A stretch of 48,348 bases of DNA from Candidatus Limnocylindria bacterium. GTDB lineage: Bacteria > Chloroflexota > Limnocylindria > QHBO01. This document shows positions 9,416-18,321 of the stretch, in pieces; position 1 is the first letter of the stretch, and each line of letters begins with the position of its first letter. Made by a program: the position numbers and the translations under genes. Where the stretch lies: the NCBI GenBank assembly GCA_041495495.1, contig JBGQCU010000001.1:1-48348 (forward strand), written 5' to 3'. The notes under the pieces were generated by a model, which saw nothing but the letters and a program-made list of their open reading frames with translations, searched no databases and had not been told where the DNA came from.

Positions 9416-10008
9416 GCCTCGGGCTCGTCGCCGGTCACATACAGCTCCGGCTCGAATCGCGGGCCACGTCCCGGCAGGGACGCGACCCAGTCGCGCAGCG
9501 CGCTCTCGGCGGTGCTAAAGGCCAGCTCGTCCCACGGGATCTCGTCCGGCCCGAAGGCACGCACCTCCGCCGTCTCGACGCCGGGCAGAGCCTCGCCGCC
9601 CACGACAGCGGCCTCATAGATGAGCGTCACCACCCCGGCGTACGGCCGCGAGTAGGCGCCGATCAGGCGACCGACCTCGACCCGCAGCTGCGTCTCCTCC
9701 TCGGTCTCGCGGCGCGCCCCCTCCTGCGCCGCCTCGCCGACCTCCAGGTAGCCACCCGGGTAGGTCCAGCGCCCGGCTCCCGGCTCGATCGAGCGGCGGG
9801 CGAGGTAGACCCGTCCGTCGAGCACCGGCAGGGTGCCAACCACGAGGCGCGGATTGCGCCAGGTGACGTGCCCATCGGGACAGACGAGGCGCGGCCGGTG
9901 GTCCTCCTCGAGGACGCGCTGCACGAGGCCCTTCCCGCACGCCGGGCAGTAGGCCGGTTCCTCGCCAAGGGTCAGCGGATAGCCCTCTCCCACGTCGTGT
10001 TGCGGCAT
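9412..10008 (-). CDS. NUDIX hydrolase with N-terminal zinc ribbon
   Basis: Start at ATG 10008 (MPQHDVGEGY...). Zinc ribbon CPACG...CPDGH. NUDIX box GGYLEVGEAAQEGARRETEEETQL. A TAGCAT box lies 7 nt upstream of the ATG (plus coordinates 10016-10021). Confidence 0.8.
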   Translation of the reverse strand: MPQHDVGEGYPLTLGEEPAYCPACGKGLVQRVLEEDHRPRLVCPDGHVTWRNPRLVVGTLPVLDGRVYLARRSIEPGAGRWTYPGGYLEVGEAAQEGARRETEEETQLRVEVGRLIGAYSRPYAGVVTLIYEAAVVGGEALPGVETAEVRAFGPDEIPWDELAFSTAESALRDWVASLPGRGPRFEPELYVTGDEPEA

Positions 10009-10037
10009 GCCCCGAATGCTAGACCGGCAATGGCAGA

Positions 10038-11882
10038 ATGCGCAGACTCGTGACCGCTGCAGCAACCGTCCTGCCCACCCAGCCATCGCCCTACGCCGTC
10101 CTGCGCAACCGGTCCTTCCGGCGCATCTGGACAGCCCAGCTGGTCTCGACCATCGGTGACGCGCTCACCAGCCTGGCGGCCGGGATCATCGTCCTCGAGC
10201 GGACTCATTCGGTCCTGAGCGTGGGGCTGATGCTGATGGCCACCGCCGTGCCGACGCTCGTGGTGGGCCTGATCGCCGGAGTCGTGGTCGACCGCTACGA
10301 CCGCAAGAAGATCATGGTCGCCTCCGACATCATCCGCGCCGGGTTGGTGGCGACCCTCCCCTTCCTGGTGCACCAGAGCGTGGTCTGGCTGTATGTCATC
10401 GTGATGCTGTCGTCGTCGGTGACCCAGTTCTTCTCGCCGGCCAACGAGAGCGTCCTGCCCGAGATCGCCTCCGAGGAGGAGCTCGGCGCGGCAAACGCGA
10501 TCATGGCCATCGCCCAGTTCGGATCGACGGCGGTCGGATTCGCCGCGGCGGGCTTCCTGGCGCAGACCAAGTCGATCGAGCTGGTCTTCTTCATCGACTC
10601 CGCCACCTTCCTCTTCTCGGCGCTCATGATCAGCCTGGTAAGGATCGCACCGCTCGAGGTGACCGAGCACACCACCCTGGGCGAGCAGATCCGCAACATC
10701 GGGTTCGGCGCCAAGTTCATCTGGAAGACCCCCGTCCTGCGCAGCCTGAACATCGTGCGGGTGCCGGTCCTGATCGCGTTCGGCATGCAGAACGTGCTGC
10801 TGCTGCCGTTTGCCCTCCAGGTGCTGAAGGCCGATGACGTCCAGTACGGGCTGCAGGAGGGACTCACCTCGGTCGGCTTCGTGATCGGCAGCCTGGCCAT
10901 GGCCCGCCTCGCTGACCGATTGCGCGAGGGCCAATGGCTCTTCCTCTCGTTCATCGCCATGGGCCTGATGGGCCTCGCCTACTCCCTGCAATCGATGGTC
11001 TGGGTAGCGATCGCGCTGATCGCCATCTCGGGGGTGATGAACGCGCCCTCGTTCGTGGCCGGGCGCCTGATCAACCAGCGCAACACCCCGCGTGAGGCGC
11101 GCGGTCGAGTCTTCTCCACCTCGTACGTGCTCCGCGACGTGGTCTACCTGACCGGCATGGGGCTCGCGGGCCTGGCGGATCTGTTCGACGTGAGGATCCT
11201 GTTCGTCCTCAGCTCGCTGGTGGTCATCGGGGCCGGCCTGATCTGCGCGGTCCTGCCCGGCCTTGGCCTGCCCGCCGCGGAGTGGCGCCGCTCGATCAGC
11301 CTGCTGCGCGGCGCGGCCACCGCCCCGGGCCTGGCGATCGGTCGCTCGCCGACCGTCGCGGACCTGGTGTCGCTGGGCAGCTACCTGCCGGCGCTCTCCG
11401 GCCTGACCCCGCGCGACCGCGACGCCATCGTCTCGCGCGGGCGCATCCGCGAGGCGGCCACCGGGACCGCGGTGATGCGCGTCGGTGACAAGGGTGAGGC
11501 GGCCTACTTCGTGCTCGGCGGCAAGCTGGTGGCCGGCACGGCGACGGAGGGCGGCCCGCGCCGGACGCTCTCCACCATGGGCCCCGGCGAGATCTTCGGG
11601 GAGATCGCCACCCTCACCGGCAGCACGCGGACCGCCGACGTGGTGGCCGAGGAGCCGTCGACCCTGCTGGAGATCCCCGCCGACGTGCTGCGCCAGCTGA
11701 TGGCCGCCCCCCAGTTCGGGCAGCTGGTGCTCAGCAAGATGAACGAACGCCTGACCCGCTCCGCCTCGCTGGGCGACCTCCCGCGCTTCGGCGGCCAGGA
11801 CCGCGCCACGCTGCGCAGGCTGCGTCGCGAGGCGGCCGCGGGAAGCACCGTCGCCTCGTCCGAGGCGCCCGTCCAGGCCTAG
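10038..11882 (+). CDS. MFS transporter fused to a C-terminal cyclic-nucleotide-binding domain
   Basis: 614 aa. The first ~420 aa have 12 predicted TM helices (MFS_3/EntS-like, with DRYDRKKIM after TM2). The C-terminal ~150 aa are a cNMP-binding fold with the phosphate-binding cassette FGEIATLTGSTRTADVVA. Confidence 0.75.
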   Translation: MRRLVTAAATVLPTQPSPYAVLRNRSFRRIWTAQLVSTIGDALTSLAAGIIVLERTHSVLSVGLMLMATAVPTLVVGLIAGVVVDRYDRKKIMVASDIIRAGLVATLPFLVHQSVVWLYVIVMLSSSVTQFFSPANESVLPEIASEEELGAANAIMAIAQFGSTAVGFAAAGFLAQTKSIELVFFIDSATFLFSALMISLVRIAPLEVTEHTTLGEQIRNIGFGAKFIWKTPVLRSLNIVRVPVLIAFGMQNVLLLPFALQVLKADDVQYGLQEGLTSVGFVIGSLAMARLADRLREGQWLFLSFIAMGLMGLAYSLQSMVWVAIALIAISGVMNAPSFVAGRLINQRNTPREARGRVFSTSYVLRDVVYLTGMGLAGLADLFDVRILFVLSSLVVIGAGLICAVLPGLGLPAAEWRRSISLLRGAATAPGLAIGRSPTVADLVSLGSYLPALSGLTPRDRDAIVSRGRIREAATGTAVMRVGDKGEAAYFVLGGKLVAGTATEGGPRRTLSTMGPGEIFGEIATLTGSTRTADVVAEEPSTLLEIPADVLRQLMAAPQFGQLVLSKMNERLTRSASLGDLPRFGGQDRATLRRLRREAAAGSTVASSEAPVQA

Positions 11883-13108
11883 GCCGCGACCGCCGCGGCA
11901 CCCTCTGCGGCCGCCGGCTCGCGCGTCACCAGCAGCAGGGCCAGCGTCGCCATCAGGAGGCCGGCGGCGCTCACCCCGAATGCCGGCAGGTAGCTGCGCC
12001 ACAGGTCGTAGGCGAGGCCGCCGAACCAGACGATGAACGATCCGCCGACCGGGTAGGCGAGCGCGAAGATGCCCGACAGGAACCCGAAGCGTGGGCCCGC
12101 GAAGCGCTCGGCGAAGGTGGCCAGCCGCACCAGCAGGAGCACCGCCAGACCACCGCCGTAGAGAAGCACGGAACCGATGAGCCGGATCTCCGCCAGCGCG
12201 TCCGTCGAGCGGGTGCTGATCACCCCGGCGACTCCGATGGCAGCCACCACGAAGGCGGCCAGGGCGGTAGGCCGCGGTCCCCAGCGGTCCACCGCGGGGC
12301 CGCCGACCAGCTGGCCAACCACGTAGGCCGCCGAGACGAGCGCCAGGGCCAGCGCGGCCGTCGTCGGCGCGAAGCCTCCCAGCAGGGCGTGGGGCAGCAG
12401 GTTCTGGTAGACGCCCTCGTCGAGCAGGCCGAGCGCCATCGACGAGAGGAGGATGAGGATCAGGGCCGCCAGCGTGGCTCCCTGCGCGGTGGCCGGCCGC
12501 TGGCTCGCGGCGGATCCGGCCGCCGGAAGCTCCACGCGTGCGGCGGCGCCCGCATGCAGCCGCAAGATGCCGGGCACCACCAGCAGCGGAGTCAGGCTGA
12601 GCAGGAGCGCAGCGGTCCGCCATCCGAGCTCGACCACCAGCAGCTGGCCACCGATGGCGTAGAGGCCGGTGCCGATCCCCAGCCCGGCATATGCGATCCC
12701 AAAGGCGGTCGCCCGCTCCCCGCTGACGCTGCGGCCGATCAGGACGTTTGCGCCCAGGTAGATAAGCGTTTGTCCGGTCCCCAGGATGCCGGCGAAGGCC
12801 ACGTAGGCCTGCCACAGCTCGCGCGCCTGCGAGAAGGCCGCGAAGCCGATGGAGGCGAGCGCGATGCCGGCCAGCACAGCCGGGCGGGGCCCGATGCGGT
12901 CGATCAGCGCACCGATCGGCGGGCCGGAGACGGCGCCCCAGGCGAGCAGCGCCACCACGATCCCGGCGATGGCGGCTCGATCGGCGTGCAGCTCGGTGGA
13001 GAGCGGCACCACGAACAGGGGGAAGCTGTAGACGAGGCCCCAGACCGCCATCATGGCTGCGGCCAGGCCCAGTGCCGGGCGGAGGCGGAAGAGGCGCGAT
13101 CGGGTCAT
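11879..13108 (-). CDS. MFS transporter (oxalate/formate antiporter- or MCT-like)
   Basis: 409 aa, 12 hydrophobic helices, N-terminus ...VYSFPLFVVPLSTEL. AGGA lies 7 nt upstream of the ATG at 13108. Confidence 0.7.
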   Translation of the reverse strand: MTRSRLFRLRPALGLAAAMMAVWGLVYSFPLFVVPLSTELHADRAAIAGIVVALLAWGAVSGPPIGALIDRIGPRPAVLAGIALASIGFAAFSQARELWQAYVAFAGILGTGQTLIYLGANVLIGRSVSGERATAFGIAYAGLGIGTGLYAIGGQLLVVELGWRTAALLLSLTPLLVVPGILRLHAGAAARVELPAAGSAASQRPATAQGATLAALILILLSSMALGLLDEGVYQNLLPHALLGGFAPTTAALALALVSAAYVVGQLVGGPAVDRWGPRPTALAAFVVAAIGVAGVISTRSTDALAEIRLIGSVLLYGGGLAVLLLVRLATFAERFAGPRFGFLSGIFALAYPVGGSFIVWFGGLAYDLWRSYLPAFGVSAAGLLMATLALLLVTREPAAAEGAAAVAA

Positions 13109-13210
13109 CGGTCAATCCTGGGAATCGGGCGCTGGACCGATCGCTCGATCGGTGTAACCATTATAAGCCTTGGCACAGGTTACGGCAACCGGAGACCCGC
13201 GGTTGAGCGC

Positions 13211-13216
13211 TAGAAT
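13211..13216 (+). promoter_or_regulatory. Candidate -10 box (TAGAAT) for cysS, 9 nt upstream of the GTG start; short-leader or leaderless transcript
   Basis: TAGAAT fits TANNNT. There is no Shine-Dalgarno sequence between it and GTG 13226. No convincing -35 is seen. Confidence 0.35.
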
Positions 13217-13225
13217 GCCGGTCCA

Positions 13226-14644
13226 GTGCACCCGATCCGCCTCTACAACTCGCTCACTCGCCGGCTCGAGACGCTCGAGCCGATCGACGGCGAGCGGGTC
13301 ACGATCTACACCTGCGGCAGCACCGTGTATCGGTACGCCCACATCGGCAACCTTCGGACCTATCTCTTCGGCGACCTGCTGCGCCGCACCCTCGTCTACC
13401 TGGGCTATCGGGTCCTGTACGTCAAGAACATCACCGATGTCGGGCACATGCGCCACGACCTGACCGACAGCGGCGAGGACCGCATGGAGCAGGCTGCCCT
13501 CGACGAGGGGAAGAGCCCCGATGAGATCGCCGACTTCTACACGGCCGCCTGGCTCGACGATGAGCGGGCGATCAACATCCAGCCGGCCGACGTGATGCCC
13601 AGGGCGACCGATCACATCGGCGAGATGATCGCGATGATCGAGACGCTGCTGTCCCGCGGGCTGGCCTACCGGGTCGACGGGACCGTCTATTACGACGTCC
13701 GGGCGTTCAACGGGTACGGCAAGCTCTCCGGCCAGAGGGTCGAGGGTACCGAGGCGGGGCACCGGGTCGAGGTCGAGAGCGACAAGCGCAACCCGCAGGA
13801 CTTCGCGCTCTGGAAGGCCGCCGAGCCGGGCCGCATCATGAAATGGCCCTCTCCATGGGGCGAGGGTTTCCCGGGCTGGCACATCGAGTGCTCGGCGATG
13901 AGCATGAAGTATCTCGGCGAGCGATTCGACATCCACACCGGCGGGATCGACCTCAAGTTCCCCCACCACGAGGACGAGATCGCCCAGAGCGAGGGCGCGA
14001 CCGGGCACCAGGTCGTCAGCCTCTGGATGCACGGCGAGTTCCTGACCCTCGACGACGCCAAGATGGCCAAAAGCGCGGGGAACATCATCCGGGTCAGCGA
14101 CCTCCCCTCGAAGGGTTTCGAGCCCCTCGACTTCCGCTACCTGGCGCTCACCGCCCACTACCGCTCGAAGCTCGATTTCACCGGGGCCGCGATGCAGGGC
14201 GCCGCGGCGGGACTGCGCCGCCTGCGTCGCGCTGCAGCCTCAGGGACGACCCCAGCGGCCAACGCCGTGCCCGAGGTTGACCTGTCAACGGACCCGATGG
14301 CCGGCTACCGGTCGCGCTTCATCCTGGCCATCTCCGAGGACCTGGGCCTGCCAGCGGCGCTCGCCGTCGCCCACGCGGTGGCCAGCGCGGACGATCTGAC
14401 TCCGGATCAGCGCCGCTCGCTGCTGCTCGACTTCGACCGGGTGTTCGGGCTGGAGCTCGCGCGTTCGGCTGACGAGCCGGTCGCCGATCTGCCCGGCGGA
14501 GCGGCTGACCTGCTGGAACGGCGCGCGGCGGCGCGGGCGGCGCATGACTTCGCGACGTCCGATCAGCTGCGCCGCGAGCTCGCGGCCCTCGGCGTCGAGG
14601 TGCGTGACACCCCCGATGGTCAGGTGGCAGCCATCCGTCGCTGA
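13226..14644 (+). CDS. cysS: Cysteine--tRNA ligase
   Basis: HIGN motif (YAHIGNLRTY), Zn ligand region GWHIECSAMS, HHEDEIAQSE, and KMAKSAGN (the KMSKS loop). The C-terminal anticodon-binding region ends in ...DQLRRELAALGVEVRDTPDG. GTG start at 13226. Confidence 0.85.
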   Translation: MHPIRLYNSLTRRLETLEPIDGERVTIYTCGSTVYRYAHIGNLRTYLFGDLLRRTLVYLGYRVLYVKNITDVGHMRHDLTDSGEDRMEQAALDEGKSPDEIADFYTAAWLDDERAINIQPADVMPRATDHIGEMIAMIETLLSRGLAYRVDGTVYYDVRAFNGYGKLSGQRVEGTEAGHRVEVESDKRNPQDFALWKAAEPGRIMKWPSPWGEGFPGWHIECSAMSMKYLGERFDIHTGGIDLKFPHHEDEIAQSEGATGHQVVSLWMHGEFLTLDDAKMAKSAGNIIRVSDLPSKGFEPLDFRYLALTAHYRSKLDFTGAAMQGAAAGLRRLRRAAASGTTPAANAVPEVDLSTDPMAGYRSRFILAISEDLGLPAALAVAHAVASADDLTPDQRRSLLLDFDRVFGLELARSADEPVADLPGGAADLLERRAAARAAHDFATSDQLRRELAALGVEVRDTPDGQVAAIRR

Positions 14645-14669
14645 CCGTCAGCCGCTGGCGGGACCGGGC

Positions 14670-16106
14670 CTAGCGGCCGTTTGTGTGCAGCAGGTCAAGG
14701 TAGGCGCCAAATCCGCTCGCGGTCGCCCACTCGGTCGCCGACTCGACCGATGTGCCCTCGCCCCACTCATTGAAGGTGGTGATCAGCTGGAAGGGTGCTC
14801 CGCTGGCGACCATGTCCTGGACGTTCTGCGCCCAGCGCGCCAGGTCACGCGCAAGCCGAGCGGACGCCTCATTTGCCTTGTTGAAACCGGGGCTGATGGC
14901 GTAGCTGTAGCCGACCTGCGCATCCGCGGCCTTGGCGGGCGCGTACTGATGCCAGCCGGCCGGCTGCGCCGCGCAGGTCTTGAATCCCGAGAACACCTTG
15001 AGCACCACGTAGGCATCGATGCCTACGTTGGCCTGGCTCCAGCGAGTCGCCATGGCGCACGCATCCGCTCCATCGGTGTAGACGAACACGACGAATCGCC
15101 CATTGACCTTGAAGAAGCTCGGATCGACGGCGTAATGGTCGCGAATGTATCGCAGGTCGCTCGCGATCTGGGACACGGCCGGGTCGCCCTGGGCCTCCTG
15201 CTCGTAATAGAGGCTCCAGCGGAAGCTGCTCCCCGCCGTATTGGCCAGGATGGTGGGGACCCGCACGTCCGATCGCGTCCCCACGCCCCACCACGACGAG
15301 ATGCCGACCTTGATACCGCCGTACTGCATCGCCTGGATGTGCTGCCGGATCGTGGCCGAGGCGGACGAGTCGTAGAACCCGAGCGACGGATGGTAGTGCG
15401 TGAAAGGATTCATCCCCTGCTGGTTCCATGCCTCCGGGAACCACGGATAGTAGAAGGCGGCCCGAACCGGGAGGGAAGGTTGGGAGCTGGACGGCAACGG
15501 CTTTGGTGTGGGCACGGGCGTCGATGTGGGCGGAGCGGGCGTCACTGCCGGGCCCTCCGTCCCGGACGCTGATGCCGAGGCCGATGGACCGCCAGGCACC
15601 GAGGTGGCCAACATCGTGGAGGAAGGGCCGGCTTCGCCCGACGTGGCCGGGCTGGAGCTGGCCGCATTGGTCGGGGAGGCGGACTGATTGGACGGCGAGG
15701 GCTGCAGCGCCACCACCAGCAGCCCCGCCGACGCGAGCACCGCCGCGGCGAGCCCAGCCCTGCCCAGAAGGTTCGGGCGGCTCACCGCTGCCATGGCGGC
15801 GACCCGATGCGTGCCGGGAAGAGCGCTGGCGGGTACCGACACCACGATGGAGAAGCCCCCCGCCCCATCGGCTCGCGCCCCTCCGAGCTGCTCTGACTCA
15901 TCAAAGACAATCGCGACCTCCTGTCCCGAGGAGAATCCGGTACCCGTGATACCGACCTCCGCCCCGGCCGGCACCTCCGCCGCTGACAGGTTGATGAGCG
16001 CGCCCAGGGCCCGAACGCCAGGCTCCGGCGCGATGATCGCCAGGGTAAGCAGCAGGATGACACCGGTTGCGATGAGACCGCGAAGCCCACGCCGGGCCGT
16101 GCGCAT
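14670..16106 (-). CDS. Membrane-anchored IPT/Ig-like + Ser/Thr/Pro-linker + GH99-like glycoside hydrolase domain protein
   Basis: Start chosen at ATG 16106 (MRTARRGLRGLIATGVILLL...); ATG 16178 and 16265 are possible but add only Pro/Ala/Arg-rich sequence. IPT-like segment VPAGAEVGITGTGFSSGQEVAIVFD. Long S/T/P/A linker. The C-terminal domain carries AFYYPWF, LGFYDSS...IRQHI...GIKVGISSWW and TFNEWGEGTSVE, which parallel the GH99 motifs (FYY.WY, LG.YSS.D, SW, SFNEWHEGTQIE). Confidence 0.6.
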   Translation of the reverse strand: MRTARRGLRGLIATGVILLLTLAIIAPEPGVRALGALINLSAAEVPAGAEVGITGTGFSSGQEVAIVFDESEQLGGARADGAGGFSIVVSVPASALPGTHRVAAMAAVSRPNLLGRAGLAAAVLASAGLLVVALQPSPSNQSASPTNAASSSPATSGEAGPSSTMLATSVPGGPSASASASGTEGPAVTPAPPTSTPVPTPKPLPSSSQPSLPVRAAFYYPWFPEAWNQQGMNPFTHYHPSLGFYDSSASATIRQHIQAMQYGGIKVGISSWWGVGTRSDVRVPTILANTAGSSFRWSLYYEQEAQGDPAVSQIASDLRYIRDHYAVDPSFFKVNGRFVVFVYTDGADACAMATRWSQANVGIDAYVVLKVFSGFKTCAAQPAGWHQYAPAKAADAQVGYSYAISPGFNKANEASARLARDLARWAQNVQDMVASGAPFQLITTFNEWGEGTSVESATEWATASGFGAYLDLLHTNGR

Positions 16107-16443
16107 CGGCGCCGTGGCCTGCGTGGTGGACGGCGCGGCAGACGCGCGATGGGTCGGGGCCAGTGCATTCGGACGCATCCCACTCCTCGCGGCTGGCCTG
16201 GGGCCCGGATCGCTTTCTGTCTCCGGGCGCGGGCGAGGAGCGTACGCGGCAGATACGCGCCGCACGAGAGGCGCTTTCCTCCCACGATCGGGCTAGGAGA
16301 TCCGTACCGCCGGGACCTCGCCGGGCCGCCGCTCCCGCGCAGGTCGCAGGTGGCCTCGAGCCCGATCGTGATCGCTCCCCTGGCCCCACCTGGCCCTGAT
16401 CGGCCTTTCGGCGCGCAGCCGTCACATGCAAAGATGAACGGCG

Positions 16444-17127
16444 ATGTCGACGGACCCAACGGTTGAGCCCGGCACTCCACGGCGCCTCCCCCCTCCCCAG
16501 CGCCTGGTGATGAACGGTGTGACAGTTGTGCTCGTCCTGGTTGCCTGGCTCTTTTCCAGCGCTCCGCCACTGCCCGCAATCCAGACCCCGGAGCCATCGG
16601 CCAGCGTCGCTGCGCCCACCGTCACGCCGCAACCGACTGCGACGGTGCCAACCCAGGCCCTGACGTTCCCCGCAGTCGCCGACGCCTACGTCTTCGCCGG
16701 GCGTCCGGACTTGAATTACGGTGGCTCGGTGAAGCTGCGTCTCGACGCGGATCCCGAAACCACGAGCTATGTCAGGTTCTCCGTGTCCGGGATTCATTCG
16801 CAGGTGGTCGGCGTGGCGCTCCGCATTTATGCCCTCTCGAAGCTGAACGCAGGCTTCAGCGTCCAGGCTGCTGCAGCCGATTGGACCGAATCCGGAATCA
16901 CCTACGGCAACCGCCCGGGTGCGGGCGGCCCCGTCCTCGGCAGTTCCGGGCTGATCCCGGGCGAGTCGTGGGTCACCGTCCAGCTCGGGCCCGCAATTCA
17001 CGGCGACGGCGAGTACAGCTTCGTCCTGTCCACCACCGGCACCGGGCTGGCAATGGCCAGCCGCGAAGCCGGAGCTGCCACGGCGCTCATGCTGATCGTG
17101 CAGGTGGCGATCGGCCCAGGCGGTTGA
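16444..17127 (+). CDS. N-terminally anchored DNRLRE-domain (CBM96-like) protein
   Basis: 227 aa. TM anchor VMNGVTVVLVLVAWLF, then a Pro/Thr linker. The pattern ADAYVFAGRPDLNYGGSVKLRLD...SYVRFSV...VVGVALRIYA...WTESGITYGNRP is typical of DNRLRE domains. Confidence 0.6.
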   Translation: MSTDPTVEPGTPRRLPPPQRLVMNGVTVVLVLVAWLFSSAPPLPAIQTPEPSASVAAPTVTPQPTATVPTQALTFPAVADAYVFAGRPDLNYGGSVKLRLDADPETTSYVRFSVSGIHSQVVGVALRIYALSKLNAGFSVQAAAADWTESGITYGNRPGAGGPVLGSSGLIPGESWVTVQLGPAIHGDGEYSFVLSTTGTGLAMASREAGAATALMLIVQVAIGPGG

Positions 17128-17172
17128 TCGCAGCGTCCCACCGGCCGGCACGTGGTGGTGATGTTCAGCTCC

Positions 17173-18321
17173 TCATGGCGCGCGCCGGGCCCGGCGGGCC
17201 CGGCGGGCCAGCACGACCGGGGTGGCCGCGAGCGTCGCGATGAGCAGCGCCAGCGCGATGAGGCGCCCGGCATCCGACCCCGCCGGTGGAGTCGCGCTGG
17301 CTGGCGACTCGTCCCCGGTCGAGCCGAGCAGATCGACCGTCGGCGGCGGCAGGTGATGGATGTCGCTCAGCACCTGGAGATAGCGATCTCCGTACGAATG
17401 ACTGGGCTCGACCTGCGATTCCTCGCTGAATTCGTTCCAGCTGATGAGACCCACCGCATCCGGCCCGGATTGGACAGCGGCGGCCACCTCTCGTCGCAGC
17501 GTGCCTCCATCATTCCGATCGACAACGGCCACGCCACCGAGCAGCGTGCCGTTGAAGCCCGGCGCGGCCGGCGCGATCCACAGCCCACCTGTGGCGTGGA
17601 CCGAGGCGGCCATCTCGTCGAGCTTGCCCTGGTAGTCGGGATACGTTTCGGGATTGACGGATGACCAGTAGTACGCGTCGCCGTCGACGAGGTGTTGAAC
17701 GCGCTGGTAGCCCTTGACATTCTTCTCGGATGCAAGGATCAGCAGATCCTGACGCAGGTTGGCCGTCACGGAGTCCACTTCGACCTCCGAGTATGCCCAG
17801 GTGCCCGAGAAGATCACGAGGGGCTTCTCAAAGATTCGGAAGACCGGGTTCCGGGCGTAGTGCTCCTGGAAATAGCGCAGATCGGCCGCGACCCGGGCGG
17901 GCGACTGCGGGCGACGAAAGAAGTCGAGTCCCTGGTAGATGATCGCGAGCGTGAAATCTTCCTCGGTCGCCACCTGGATCAGCATCTCGAGGCGACGATC
18001 GAGCGTTGGGGTGCTCTTCCAGCTCACGATGAACCCGGTGATTCCTGCCGCTTTGGCCCAGCGGATGTGCTGCCGCATGACGACGGGGTCATCGCTGGAG
18101 TAGGGCCCGAGCGCCGGAACGTCGCGCTTCGCCCGGTCCCACGAGGTTCGGTCGAACCAGATGTAGTAGTACGCAAGAAACGGGACCGGGTCGCTCGCCG
18201 CTCGTGCAACGGGCCGGCTCAGCGGTGCGAGCCCTGGTATGCCCTGAACCGCTGATACCGATCCCAGGGCCGTCATGAGCACCACCGCGATTGCGGTTGG
18301 CAGTGCTCGTCGCCGGCTCAC
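17173..18321 (-). CDS. GH99-like glycoside hydrolase, signal peptide + C-terminal TM tail anchor
   Basis: The GTG start at 18321 overlaps the stop of the upstream LysM gene (GTGA). Signal-like N-terminus VSRRRALPTAIAVVLMTALGSVSAVQG. Motifs YYYIWF, LGPYSSDDPVVMRQHIRWAKAAGITGFIVSW and SWNEFSEESQVE. The C-terminus is ...SATPPAGSDAGRLIALALLIATLAATPVVLARRARRARRAP. Confidence 0.6.
   Translation of the reverse strand: MSRRRALPTAIAVVLMTALGSVSAVQGIPGLAPLSRPVARAASDPVPFLAYYYIWFDRTSWDRAKRDVPALGPYSSDDPVVMRQHIRWAKAAGITGFIVSWKSTPTLDRRLEMLIQVATEEDFTLAIIYQGLDFFRRPQSPARVAADLRYFQEHYARNPVFRIFEKPLVIFSGTWAYSEVEVDSVTANLRQDLLILASEKNVKGYQRVQHLVDGDAYYWSSVNPETYPDYQGKLDEMAASVHATGGLWIAPAAPGFNGTLLGGVAVVDRNDGGTLRREVAAAVQSGPDAVGLISWNEFSEESQVEPSHSYGDRYLQVLSDIHHLPPPTVDLLGSTGDESPASATPPAGSDAGRLIALALLIATLAATPVVLARRARRARRAP

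Noticed and set aside
9972-13115. 1047-aa minus-strand ORF covering both MFS genes
   Set aside because: Arg/Gly/His/Asp-rich low-complexity translation. It is antisense to the well-supported MFS-cNMP gene and out of frame with the 409-aa MFS gene, so I treat it as a shadow ORF.
13226-14644. The CysS paralogue MshC (mycothiol ligase) as an alternative to cysteinyl-tRNA synthetase
   Set aside because: The protein keeps a full C-terminal anticodon-binding/DALR-like region, which favours a genuine CysS. I cannot exclude MshC without a phylogeny.
16107-16265. N-terminal 53-codon extension of the first GH99-like ORF
   Set aside because: The extension is Pro/Ala/Arg-rich and precedes a typical signal or anchor that begins at MRTARRGL. 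It is probably non-coding leader, but the start remains uncertain.
17128-17172. Bidirectional terminator between the convergent DNRLRE and GH99-like genes; also short hairpins after glgP (44577-44590) and cysS (14640-14652)
   Set aside because: The stems are only 5 bp (CCACC/GGTGG, GACCG/CGGTC, GCTGA/TCAGC) and have no U-tracts, so the evidence is too weak to call.
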